Below, piece after piece: positions 52,295-60,913 of a DNA stretch of 64,000 nt. Every line of letters begins with the position of its first letter. The stretch's first letter is position 1. The DNA is taken from positions 816,091-880,090 of the forward strand of contig CATQHB010000002.1 of assembly GCA_958295765.1 (NCBI GenBank), written 5' to 3'. This stretch comes from an uncultured Dehalococcoidia bacterium. Lineage in GTDB: Bacteria; Chloroflexota; Dehalococcoidia; Lucifugimonadales; UBA3495. The notes beneath the pieces are model-generated. The model had not been told where the DNA came from and searched no databases. It worked only from the letters and a program-made list of their open reading frames with translations. The position numbers and the translations under genes were made by a program.

Positions 52295-53491
52295 TCAGTA
52301 CCGGGGGCGGAAGATGCCGAAGGAACTGGTGTAGCCGTGCAGGAAGGTTACGCCGCTGACCGGGCCGATTTCGCCGTTGCAGAAGAAACCGCCCAAAGGC
52401 ACCGCGCCCAGCTTGTCCCGGAAGATGTCAGTGTCGTGGTTGGGCCGGCCGTAGAGGTACTGGCCCCGGCCCAGGCAGGAAAAGAGCAAGGCCCCGTGAA
52501 TCCGGTTCTCCCGGTTGTCCCCGGCGTAGCGTTCCAGCACCGCCGTCAAGTCCTGGGCCGAGGTTTCCGCGTCCCGCAGGTGAAACTGCACCAGTTGGCC
52601 CTCCTTGAGCATCTCCCCGATTGCCAGGGCGCCGCTGCGCTCATCCATGCCCATCACGTTGCGGATGAGAAAGTCGCCCTGCTGCGGCGCGTCGATAAAC
52701 TCATCCATCACCACGCCGAGGAACAGGGAGTTGCGCATCAGCCCCTGGTCCCGCTGGCTCAGGGTGGGGAAAAGTTCCCGCAGCACGTTCAGGGGCGTCT
52801 CACTGTCCAGCCCCTCCAGCAGGTTGCGGCGGCTCTGGGTAATCCGCATGGGCTTGCCGATGGGACGGCAGCCCTGGGCCACCACCGTATCTACGGCGAT
52901 GTTGCCATGCAGGGCCACGCCGACGGCGCCGGAATGGTGTACCCGGTCGCCGAGGAAAAGGGCATTGCCCTCCTGCTGCTGCCCGCCGCTGGCTAGGCCG
53001 CCGATTTTGGCCGCCGGCGCATAGGCAAAGTCCAGCCCCAGCAGCAGGTTCTGGACTGGGAAGGAAAAGGGGTCGGCCAGGACGACGAACTGGGGCGCAT
53101 CGGCGGCGTTGACTTGCAGCAGCGACTCCCAGGCTTGGGGGCCGGCGTCCAGGTCGGGCAGTTGGTCACCCTCCAGGTGAAAGGCGTCCAGCGTTACCTC
53201 GGGCAGGCTGGCGGCGGTGATGGACAGGGCCGCCCGCTGCTCCACCTCCAGCCCGTTGCCGATGATGCCCCCGCCGGAACAGCCCAGCACCAGGGGCGAC
53301 TTGGACAGCGAACCCAACCGGTTCTGCACTAGGCCGGGGATAGCGTCGTAGGCTTCCCGATAATGGAAAGAGGCAAACACCACCGCCAGGTCGGGGGTAA
53401 CGTCATCCAGTTGCTCCTGCAAGGCGGCGACACATTCGGCGATGGCCGGTTCCAGGGACGTATTTTCCGATAGCGCAGAGGCCCACTTCAT
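52295..53491 (-). CDS. FIST-domain (FIST_N + FIST_C) sensory protein
   Basis: About 398 aa from the ATG at 53491. Family assigned from overall pattern only. Confidence 0.6.
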   Translation of the reverse strand: MKWASALSENTSLEPAIAECVAALQEQLDDVTPDLAVVFASFHYREAYDAIPGLVQNRLGSLSKSPLVLGCSGGGIIGNGLEVEQRAALSITAASLPEVTLDAFHLEGDQLPDLDAGPQAWESLLQVNAADAPQFVVLADPFSFPVQNLLLGLDFAYAPAAKIGGLASGGQQQEGNALFLGDRVHHSGAVGVALHGNIAVDTVVAQGCRPIGKPMRITQSRRNLLEGLDSETPLNVLRELFPTLSQRDQGLMRNSLFLGVVMDEFIDAPQQGDFLIRNVMGMDERSGALAIGEMLKEGQLVQFHLRDAETSAQDLTAVLERYAGDNRENRIHGALLFSCLGRGQYLYGRPNHDTDIFRDKLGAVPLGGFFCNGEIGPVSGVTFLHGYTSSFGIFRPRY

Positions 53492-53630
53492 CCTGACACC
53501 TCTCAATACATTGCATTACATTACGTTGCGTCCCGTCCCATTGGGTTAAGTGGCGGGACGGTGATTCTCTCCAGTATAACAACTATGCGCAACCCTGGTG
53601 CGTGCATCCCCAAGGCTTGGAAATCCGAAA

Positions 53631-53716
53631 CCGCTCATGGTGAGCCTGTCGAACCACGTTTGCGTATCCGGCGGTTCCGCTTACGGTGCGTCCTTCGACA
53701 GGCTCAGGATGAGCGG
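53631..53716. repeat. Family-a hairpin element (long spacer)
   Basis: CCGCTCATGGTGAGCCTGTCGAACCAC ... CCTTCGACAGGCTCAGGATGAGCGG. Confidence 0.85.
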
Positions 53717-53777
53717 AGAAGTCAACTCGGAGACCTTGCGCCTACCCTGTCTCCGGGATGATCCCCCCATCGCCCCC

Positions 53778-54881
53778 TCACCCCAACAACTCCTTGCTCC
53801 GTTCTATGGCCGGCGTAGGCGACGGGTTGAGGCCCCGGAGCAGGGCCAGGTAGTAGCTGACGTAATCCCCCAGCAGAATCATATCCAGCAGTTGGGCCAG
53901 GGGTGGGCCGTCCGTCCCCGGCAGCAGCCGGTGGTTGACCGGCCCCCACCGGAGCATTTCGGTCAGCACCCGGTAGCGTTCCTTGAGTTCGTTGTCGGCG
54001 GCCATTGGCTCCAGTACCAGGGCCATCAAATCCGGGCCGGCCGGCGATGGTACGGCGTAGGGTTCCACCGAGTTATGGAGGGATTCGGGGAGGCTCTCAT
54101 AGAAGGCCCACGCCTTGGCGTTTTCGTTCAACTGGGTTTTCCAGCGGCGGGCCACGCCGGAAAAGATGCCGCCGCCGTACACCACCACCAGCTGGTCCAC
54201 CAACTCCCGGGCCAGCAGCTTGGCCGGGTTATCCGGGGTGGGCGTTGCCGCGCCGATGCCGGCCAGCCGCCGCTCCATAGCATCGACGGCGTCGGTCACG
54301 TCGGCGTCGGTCAAGCCGACCAGGCCCAGGCGGTTAAGGACGCCCAGCAGCAGGATGAGGTTGCAGCCGACGGCGCTGCGCGGCTCGCCGTTGACCGCCA
54401 CCGGCAGGACCGGGACGCGGCCGGCCTGGGCCGCCTCAGCCAGCGCGCCGCCGGCGGTAACGGCCAAAGTACGGGCGCCGGCAGCAACGGCCTGCCGGAA
54501 CAGGGACAGGGTTTCCGCCGTGTTGCCGGAGTAGCTGCAAGCGATGAACAGGCTGCGCGCGTCCAGGGCAAAGGGCAGGTGAAAGCTGCGCGCCACGATG
54601 ACCGGCACGGTGGGCCGGAGCGCGGCCAGGTCGGCCACCAGGTCGCCGGCGATGGCCGAGCCGCCCATCCCGCCGATAACTACCCGGTCATAGTCGCCGC
54701 CGGCCAACTCCGCCGGAAACGCGGCTTGAGCCTGCGCCCAGGCGGCCCGGCACTGCCCCGGCAGGGCGCGCAGCCGCTCCCCCAGCCCGGAGGGGTCAAA
54801 GGCGTCATAAACCTCCGGCCCGTCCAAGTCCGGCAACTCCAACCCCGGCGGTTTGACTTCCCTGTTGGTACTATTGGTCAT
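53778..54881 (-). CDS. Bifunctional phosphoglucose/phosphomannose isomerase (SIS domains)
   Basis: 367 aa. GMGGSAIAGD SIS motif and a typical C-terminus (LLGDYVSYYLA...GLNPSPTPAIE). Confidence 0.85.
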   Translation of the reverse strand: MTNSTNREVKPPGLELPDLDGPEVYDAFDPSGLGERLRALPGQCRAAWAQAQAAFPAELAGGDYDRVVIGGMGGSAIAGDLVADLAALRPTVPVIVARSFHLPFALDARSLFIACSYSGNTAETLSLFRQAVAAGARTLAVTAGGALAEAAQAGRVPVLPVAVNGEPRSAVGCNLILLLGVLNRLGLVGLTDADVTDAVDAMERRLAGIGAATPTPDNPAKLLARELVDQLVVVYGGGIFSGVARRWKTQLNENAKAWAFYESLPESLHNSVEPYAVPSPAGPDLMALVLEPMAADNELKERYRVLTEMLRWGPVNHRLLPGTDGPPLAQLLDMILLGDYVSYYLALLRGLNPSPTPAIERSKELLG

Positions 54882-54919
54882 AAAAATGAATAACGTCTCC
54901 TGAATAGCCGGCCTATCCC

Positions 54920-54946
54920 CCGCTCATCCTGAGCTTGTCGAAGGAC
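54920..54946. repeat. Family-a half-element
   Basis: CCGCTCATCCTGAGCTTGTCGAAGGAC. Confidence 0.8.
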
Positions 54947-54957
54947 ACCCCCACAAG

Positions 54958-55308
54958 TCAAGGCAACTCCAACAACCCCCGCCGGTCATCCTGATGCAGG
55001 GCAACTATGTCGGCGTAATGCTCCCGCAAGAGAGACCCTACCGCTTGCCAGGGGCAGTTGCCCAGGCGAATCAGCACAACTTTGGGCGGATAGCCCCGGG
55101 CGTGGCTCAAGTCCCGATAGTCTTTATCCTTGGTTGCGATGATTAAGTTTTGGTCTTTGGCATAATCCCAAATCGGGTTGTCGCTGCCGGCGTCCAGGTC
55201 GATTTCCTGTACGTGAATCGACCCCGGGTAAAGGTCGGCCAACTGCCGCAACAGACGGGGCGACAGGTTCTGATTAAATAACAGCGTAACGGAGTTTGCT
55301 GTAGTCAT
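54958..55308 (-). CDS. DUF5615-family protein (PIN-like/Mut7-C-type predicted toxin nuclease)
   Basis: 116 aa from the ATG at 55308. Pattern LLFNQNLSPRL...YPGSIHV...DNPIWDYA...LIIATKDKDY...PPKVVLIRLGNC matches the DUF5615 consensus as I remember it. Overlaps the upstream ORF by 35 nt. Confidence 0.75.
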   Translation of the reverse strand: MTTANSVTLLFNQNLSPRLLRQLADLYPGSIHVQEIDLDAGSDNPIWDYAKDQNLIIATKDKDYRDLSHARGYPPKVVLIRLGNCPWQAVGSLLREHYADIVALHQDDRRGLLELP

Positions 55309-58300
55309 CGTCCATCTTTTCCGCCGCCGCAAAGGAGAGGCAGACGTACAGGTCGGCCTCGGTTAAATTGTCAAAGCCCTCCAGCAGGCCGGCCCAGGTA
55401 TCGCCCCCGGCCAGGTACTCCATCACGTCCTGGACCGTCATTCGGATGCCGCGGATGCAGGGTTTGCCGAAACGCTTGTCCGCCTCGATGGTGATGGTGC
55501 CTCGGTAGTCCACCCCCTGGCCCAGCAGGGCTGCTACCGCCGCCTCGACTTCCTTGCCCTCCGGCGCTGACCGCAGCCAGGCCCGCAACTCCCGCCGGGC
55601 GATGGCTACGGTGAACTTGTCGCCCCGTTCCTTGCGCACCTCCGCCAGCTTTTGCGCCGCCCCCAACGCCGCCCTTTCCCCGGCTTTGGCAATGACCACG
55701 TGCAACTTCTGCTTTGGGTCAAACTCCGGTATCGCCAGCCGCCACAGGTGCTTTTGCAAGTCCCGCGCCCCGAATTGGCCTTTCGTCATTAGAGGTTGCA
55801 CCGCTTGGTATAGCGCATTGCTGTTGATGATTGCCAGGAGGTAGTTTGCTTCATCCGTGTCCTTGCAGGTAATCCAAAATAGCTTGTAATCAACGACAGA
55901 ATCGTTTTCCTCAAGCCGGGCGGCGGTAGGCTCGCCGGCACTGGTATATACTACCCGAACCGGGCGGTTGCCCGATTTCTCTTGCCTAGACAGTTGAGAC
56001 GAAAGTTCACGGTTGTAATCCAACCGCTCCAAAAGGCTCAACTTGTTGGCCGGCGCTTTATTGTCCTCCCATAACTGGCTGACGGTTTGCCAGCGTTGCC
56101 GCATCCGTTGTTCCAGCCCGCCCAAGCGGATACCGCCAACGCCGCTATCATCGGTAGGTATGGCGTGGTCGCCCTGCTTCAACGGCAGCAAGGCTTTCAG
56201 CGGTTCCAGGGTAACGTAGGGCGCAATCGTTTCCCCCAAATGCACGTCAAAGAGGTGGGTTTTCTCAATAGTCTGGTTGCTGAGGGCGGTCAAGTCCAGG
56301 TCTTTCCAGGGCGCTTTGTCCAGGGAACCCCGCCGGGGATTTACGGTAATGGTCTGGCCGGCCTGAATAATGGCCGGGTTTTCCGTTTCGTTGACAAAAA
56401 ACAGGCAGCGGGGAACGATGGACGATCCTTGCCGGGAATAACCGTCGTAAGGTGAAACACTGAGGTCTCTGGTGTCGATAATTGCTCCGGTGTCGGTAAT
56501 GGCGACGGATTCCCGTTGCACCTCAGGCGAACCGGCTTTACCCAACCACTGTTGCACCGAACCGGCCAGGGCTTTGCCCGGTGTATCCGGTTGACATTTG
56601 CGGGCAAAGGCTACCGATGACGCTACGGGAAAGAAAGTGTTAGGCTCCAGTTTCTCTAAGTCCCAAGCTGACTGGAGGGTAAAGTCCACGTGGACGCTTT
56701 GGCCGGAATTGCCGGCCCGCCATTGACCGGTGCGCCACTTGGTATATTGCCCGGTCTGCAACGCGCTGTGAGGCATTACAAAGCCGATGACGCCATTGTC
56801 CTTGAGGTACAGGTCAACGCTGCGGGCAAAGAAAAGTCCGGCCACGTCCTGGTGGGTGGTGTAGCGTCCCCCGGCCCAAATGTCGTAGCGGTGGCGGCTC
56901 AAGTTCTCCAGTTCAACCCGCAGTACGTCTTTAGTATTGCGGTAATTCAGCCAGGGCGGGTTGCCGATAACTACGTCCACTTTATCCCGGGACAATACCA
57001 CCGGGCGCACCATATTGCGGGTGTAGTAGGCCCAGACGTGGTCCCGGCCGGCCTGGTGCAATCGCTGCAAAGCGGAAATAGTTTTCTGAATGGTCTGCCG
57101 CTCCGCCGGGTCGGTCAAGGAGTAATCATCCAGGACAAAGCTGGGGTCGTCGCCCTGCTCAATAGCCTCAGCCACCTGGCTCAGCATTGAGTCAAAGTTT
57201 TCGGCCCGGTTGACCAGGCTGACCGGAAAGGCCAACTCGGTATTATCGTCATCATCCACCGGGATAGTTACGTTCTGCTGGGTGAACATATCCCCGGTGC
57301 GAAAGCGGAGTTGGAGAGAGTCGCCCAGATATACCGGGATTGACAGGGAATCGTAAAACCCGGCTTCGCTGGCGGCTTGAATCGCGGGGCGGGCGGCCAG
57401 AGTCCAGGAGGCCCGGGCCAGGTGAACCGCTACCGGGTGAATGTCAATACCGGTTACGTTTTCCCGCAGTTTGTTGAGGATTTCCCGGGGATGCAGTTTC
57501 GGCTTTTTCCCGGCGGGCAGGGCCGCCTGGATAAAGTGGGCTACGCCCTCGGCGATAAAGGCGCCGGAACCGCAGGACGGGTCCAGCACCCGTTGGTTCA
57601 GCGGGTCGGTAACCAGTTCCTGTACCATCGTCCGGGCCAGCCAGGCCGGGGTGTAGTATTCGCCCAACTGCCGCCGCTCCTCGGGCGGAATGACGCTCTG
57701 ATAGAGGATAGCGCCGATGTCGGCCGGGGCTTCCCGCCAGTTGAACTTGGCGACCCGGCGGGCCAGGGTTTGCAGCAGGGGCCGGCCGCCCACTTCGGCC
57801 GGCCAGGTGAAAAAGTCCGACTCCACAATTCCGTGCAGGCCGGTGTCATTGCGGAAACGGCGTCCGTAGAGTAAATCCTCCGGTTCACTAGCCGCCAATG
57901 TTCGCAGGTCAATGCCAAAGGATGCCTGCACCACCATACCGATAACGGCGCTGAGGTAGGTATGGCGGATGAACAGGTCGTCCATTTGCTCCGGGCTGTG
58001 GGCGATTTCCCCCAGGGCGGTGCGCAACAGGTCGTGCCAAAGCCGCCGCTTGACCTTAACCGTTTCGTAGGCTTCCGCCTGCCGGTACAGGGTGGTCAGG
58101 GCGCCTACATCCCGCTGGTAGTTGGGGCTGTTGGGGCCAAAGTGTTTAGCGATGCTGTCCCGGTCCGAGGGCAGGTTTTCCCTGGCTTCCAGGGCATTGT
58201 CCCGCAGCCATTCGTACAGGGGGAACCAACGGTCGGGAGTGTCCAGGGTAAAAGCGTAGGGCGGGGCTGCGTTGATCGGGCCGGCGCCGGGCCAGCGCAG

Positions 58301-58672
58301 CAGCCAATACTTGCCGTCGGTGAGGAGGCCCATGCGCACCCGGCCCTGTCTTTCCGATTGGGCCAGGTAATCATCCAGTTGGGCTACGTACTCCGGGTTG
58401 GGTCTGAAACCGCTGTCCGTTCCGATGCGGCGCTTCATTTCGATGAAAGTATCCAGGGCGGTCAGGTCAACGGCCCGGCGGGAGGCATCGGCCGGCGGGT
58501 TTTCCTCAACCATCTCCTCACTTTTGACCAGCCCGGTCGCAATCAGGAAGTCGCGGACGGCGGTAGTGATGTTGGCCTCGGCCTCAAAGTTGTCGTGCCG
58601 CCGCAGGATCGCGGCGGCGGCAGCGGGATATTTGGGGTCGTCATAGTCGATATGTTCTCGGGTAGTCATCAA
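55274..58672 (-). CDS. Single-chain type IIG/IIL (MmeI-like) restriction-modification enzyme with a C-terminal DUF433 domain fusion
   Basis: 1132 aa. N-terminal D69-x8-E78-M-K80 (VDLTALDTFIEMK). MTase motifs GEYYTPAWLA, VLDPSCGSGAF and VIGNPPW. Long TRD-like region. The last 79 aa or so (55277..55513), ITIEADKRFGKPCIRGIRMTVQDVMEYLAGG...LTEADLYVCLSFAA, match DUF433. Confidence 0.75.
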   Translation of the reverse strand: MMTTREHIDYDDPKYPAAAAAILRRHDNFEAEANITTAVRDFLIATGLVKSEEMVEENPPADASRRAVDLTALDTFIEMKRRIGTDSGFRPNPEYVAQLDDYLAQSERQGRVRMGLLTDGKYWLLRWPGAGPINAAPPYAFTLDTPDRWFPLYEWLRDNALEARENLPSDRDSIAKHFGPNSPNYQRDVGALTTLYRQAEAYETVKVKRRLWHDLLRTALGEIAHSPEQMDDLFIRHTYLSAVIGMVVQASFGIDLRTLAASEPEDLLYGRRFRNDTGLHGIVESDFFTWPAEVGGRPLLQTLARRVAKFNWREAPADIGAILYQSVIPPEERRQLGEYYTPAWLARTMVQELVTDPLNQRVLDPSCGSGAFIAEGVAHFIQAALPAGKKPKLHPREILNKLRENVTGIDIHPVAVHLARASWTLAARPAIQAASEAGFYDSLSIPVYLGDSLQLRFRTGDMFTQQNVTIPVDDDDNTELAFPVSLVNRAENFDSMLSQVAEAIEQGDDPSFVLDDYSLTDPAERQTIQKTISALQRLHQAGRDHVWAYYTRNMVRPVVLSRDKVDVVIGNPPWLNYRNTKDVLRVELENLSRHRYDIWAGGRYTTHQDVAGLFFARSVDLYLKDNGVIGFVMPHSALQTGQYTKWRTGQWRAGNSGQSVHVDFTLQSAWDLEKLEPNTFFPVASSVAFARKCQPDTPGKALAGSVQQWLGKAGSPEVQRESVAITDTGAIIDTRDLSVSPYDGYSRQGSSIVPRCLFFVNETENPAIIQAGQTITVNPRRGSLDKAPWKDLDLTALSNQTIEKTHLFDVHLGETIAPYVTLEPLKALLPLKQGDHAIPTDDSGVGGIRLGGLEQRMRQRWQTVSQLWEDNKAPANKLSLLERLDYNRELSSQLSRQEKSGNRPVRVVYTSAGEPTAARLEENDSVVDYKLFWITCKDTDEANYLLAIINSNALYQAVQPLMTKGQFGARDLQKHLWRLAIPEFDPKQKLHVVIAKAGERAALGAAQKLAEVRKERGDKFTVAIARRELRAWLRSAPEGKEVEAAVAALLGQGVDYRGTITIEADKRFGKPCIRGIRMTVQDVMEYLAGGDTWAGLLEGFDNLTEADLYVCLSFAAAEKMDDDYSKLRYAVI

Positions 58673-58708
58673 AACTCTCTTTGCCGTAGCGGTATCGGTT
58701 GCCCCGCC

Positions 58709-58717
58709 AGTATAACA
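58709..58717 (-). promoter_or_regulatory. Extended -10-like motif (TGTTATACT) upstream of the R-M gene
   Basis: Reverse complement of AGTATAACA, about 37 nt upstream of the ATG at 58672. No good -35. Confidence 0.25.
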
Positions 58718-58744
58718 TTTCCCGGCCCTTGCCTTCCCCGGCCC

Positions 58745-59524
58745 CTACTGCGCCGTCCAGCCGCCGTCGATTACCAGTTCGCTGCCGGTCATAAAGGATG
58801 ACTCGTCGGAGGCGAGGAACAGGACGCCGTAGGCTACGTCTGCGGGCTGTCCGTAGCGGCCCAGGGGGATGCGGGAGACGGTGGTGCGGTAACGCTCCGG
58901 GTCGGCGCGGCCGGCTTCGGTCATCGGGGTGGCGATGGGGCCGGGATGCACCGAGTTGGCCCGGATGCCTTCCCCGGCGTACTGAATGGCGGTGGCCTTG
59001 GTGAAAATCCGCACTGCGCCCTTGGACGCTTGGTAGTGGGGGCCGCTGTTGTCCACGCCGACCAGGCCCAGTTGCGAGGAGATGTTGACGATGGCGCCGC
59101 CGCCGGCTTGACGCAGGGCCGGCAGGGCGGCCTGGGTGCCGAGGAACACCCCCTTGGCGTTAATCGCCAGCACCCGCTCCCACTCGGCGGCGGTCAAATC
59201 CTCCACCCGGCCGGCGCCCCGGACGCCGGCGTTGTTGACCAGAATATCCAGCTTGCCGAACCGGGCCACGGTGGCGGCGACGGCGGCCTGCCATTGGGCC
59301 GGGTCGGTAACGTCCAGGGGCAGAAAGAGGGCCGGGCCGTCCGGCTGGTCGGCCAACTCCCGGTTCAACTCCGCCGCCAAGGCCGTCCCGTCGGCCTCCA
59401 GCACGTCGCCGATAGCTACTTGGGCGCCCTCGGCGGCAAAGAGGCGGGCCGCCGCCGCCCCCAAGCCCCGCGCGCCGCCGCTGATTAAGGCCGCCTTACC
59501 CGCTAACCGCCCAACTGATTGCAT
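58745..59524 (-). CDS. Short-chain dehydrogenase/reductase (SDR)
   Basis: 259 aa. ISGGARGLGAA (TGxxxGxG) and YQASKGA (YxxxK). Confidence 0.9.
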   Translation of the reverse strand: MQSVGRLAGKAALISGGARGLGAAAARLFAAEGAQVAIGDVLEADGTALAAELNRELADQPDGPALFLPLDVTDPAQWQAAVAATVARFGKLDILVNNAGVRGAGRVEDLTAAEWERVLAINAKGVFLGTQAALPALRQAGGGAIVNISSQLGLVGVDNSGPHYQASKGAVRIFTKATAIQYAGEGIRANSVHPGPIATPMTEAGRADPERYRTTVSRIPLGRYGQPADVAYGVLFLASDESSFMTGSELVIDGGWTAQ

Positions 59525-59653
59525 AGTTCACCTTCCAAATATCCGCCGTTTGACCTTGGTAGGATGAGGATTATTTGGGGATAGTCTAACATACCGGCGC
59601 CTTCACATTCCCCGGTCAATGGCAGCATAAAACCGTCGTTCCGGCCCGGCTAA

Positions 59654-59750
59654 CCGTCGTTCCGGCGAAAGCCGGAATCCAGAACCCTCGGTAGCCGGCC
59701 CGCTCTTTTCCGGGGGATTTCCTGGATTCCGGCTTTCGCCGGAACGACGG
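59654..59750. repeat. Family-b palindromic element, copy 8 (plus an extra half arm at 59633-59646)
   Basis: Same arms; centre in the inverted orientation. Confidence 0.9.
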
Positions 59751-59813
59751 TTGCTTGGGTTGCCGGGTTGCGCTCTGGCCGGGTACGTGCAAAGTCTGCG
59801 CCAAGAACAAAAT

Positions 59814-59955
59814 CCGCTCATGGTGAGCCTGTCGAACCATCCCCCCGTCCTTCGACAGGCTCAGGATGAGCGGAGTATTTAGCCCATATAACCCTCATGG
59901 TGAGCCTGTCGAACCATCCCACCCCCATATCCTTCGACAGGCTCAGGATGAGCGG
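59814..59955. repeat. Two tandem complete family-a elements
   Basis: Elements at 59814-59873 and 59892-59955, each CCGCTCATGGTGAGCCTGTCGAACCAT...CCTTCGACAGGCTCAGGATGAGCGG. Confidence 0.9.
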
Positions 59956-59976
59956 CTAAAGGGTCGCCATGAGCGG

Positions 59977-60051
59977 ATTGTCCCGGTGCGGATTGCCCCG
60001 GTGCGGGTTGTCTTGGTGCGGATTATCCCGATGGGGATTGTCCCGGCGCGG
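59977..60051. repeat. 15-bp tandem repeat, five units
   Basis: ATTGTCCCGGTGCGG / ATTGCCCCGGTGCGG / GTTGTCTTGGTGCGG / ATTATCCCGATGGGG / ATTGTCCCGGCGCGG. Overlaps the 3' end of the permease ORF. Confidence 0.9.
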
Positions 60052-60913
60052 TTAGCGGGTTGTCCCCGTCATTCCCGGCCCGTTTTACCAGCCAGCTCTT
60101 TTTTACCAGGACGGTCAGGGCGAATATGGCGGTGGCGACCAGGGCCATGGCCGGGCCGGAGGGCAGGTCGGCGTGAAAGGAGAGGTAGAGGCCGGTTACT
60201 GCGGAGAGGGCGCCGATGAGGGCGCCGATGACCATTACTCCCACAAACCGCCGGGCCAAGAGGTAGCCGGCCGCCGCCGGCGTTACCAGCATCGCCATTA
60301 CCAGGACGATGCCGGCGGCCTGGATGCTGATGACGATGACCAGGGCGAGGATGGCAAGGAGTACGTATTCCACCAGTCCGGCCCGGATGCCGACAACTTT
60401 GGCCCCTACCGGGTCGAAGGTGGTATAGACCAGTTGGCGGTGCACGGCGTACAGGACGGCCAGCACCAGGGCGGTCAGGCCCAGGGATACGAAAACGTCG
60501 GTTTGAGAGACGCCCAGCACCTGGCCCAGCAGCAGGTCTTCGATGTTGACGTTGATGTTGTTGGCCTTAGCCAGCATCACCAGGCCCAGGGCGAACATAC
60601 CGGCAAAGATGACGCCGATCGAGGTGTCCTCCCGGATGCCGGTGCGCCGGCTGACCGAACCCATCAGCAGGGCGACGGCGATTCCGGCCGGCACGGCGGC
60701 AAAGAAGGGGCTGATGCCCAGCAGGAAGGCTACTACCATCCCCGGCAAGACCGAGTGGGCCAGGGCATCCCCCATAAAGGAGAGGCCCCGGGTGATGACG
60801 TAGGCGCCAAGGATGGGACACATCACCCCCACCAATACCGAAACAATCAGCGCCCGCACCATAAAGCGGTACTGAAAGGGGCCAATCAGGTAGTCGGCCA
60901 GGGATTCAATCAT
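60023..60913 (-). CDS. Metal (Zn/Mn-type) ABC transporter permease
   Basis: 296 aa, polytopic, ZnuB/MntB/TroC-like. The last 9 codons or so lie in the 15-bp tandem repeat. Confidence 0.85.
   Translation of the reverse strand: MIESLADYLIGPFQYRFMVRALIVSVLVGVMCPILGAYVITRGLSFMGDALAHSVLPGMVVAFLLGISPFFAAVPAGIAVALLMGSVSRRTGIREDTSIGVIFAGMFALGLVMLAKANNINVNIEDLLLGQVLGVSQTDVFVSLGLTALVLAVLYAVHRQLVYTTFDPVGAKVVGIRAGLVEYVLLAILALVIVISIQAAGIVLVMAMLVTPAAAGYLLARRFVGVMVIGALIGALSAVTGLYLSFHADLPSGPAMALVATAIFALTVLVKKSWLVKRAGNDGDNPLTAPGQSPSG

Noticed and set aside
53598-54893. 431-aa plus-strand ORF over the PGI/PMI gene. The same judgement applies to 47931..49148(-), 60936..62168(+), 35396..36760(-), 43473..44552(+), 17152..18297(+), 7678..8514(-), 50694..51788(+) and 57962..58801(+).
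   Set aside because: All are antisense to genes with strong motif support, and all are G/R/P/A/V/H-rich low-complexity products.
2298-59750. Possibility that the recurrent about 30-bp arms represent a CRISPR array
   Set aside because: The copies are dispersed over 57 kb and arranged as inverted pairs rather than evenly spaced direct repeats. There are no unique spacers of constant length and no cas genes.
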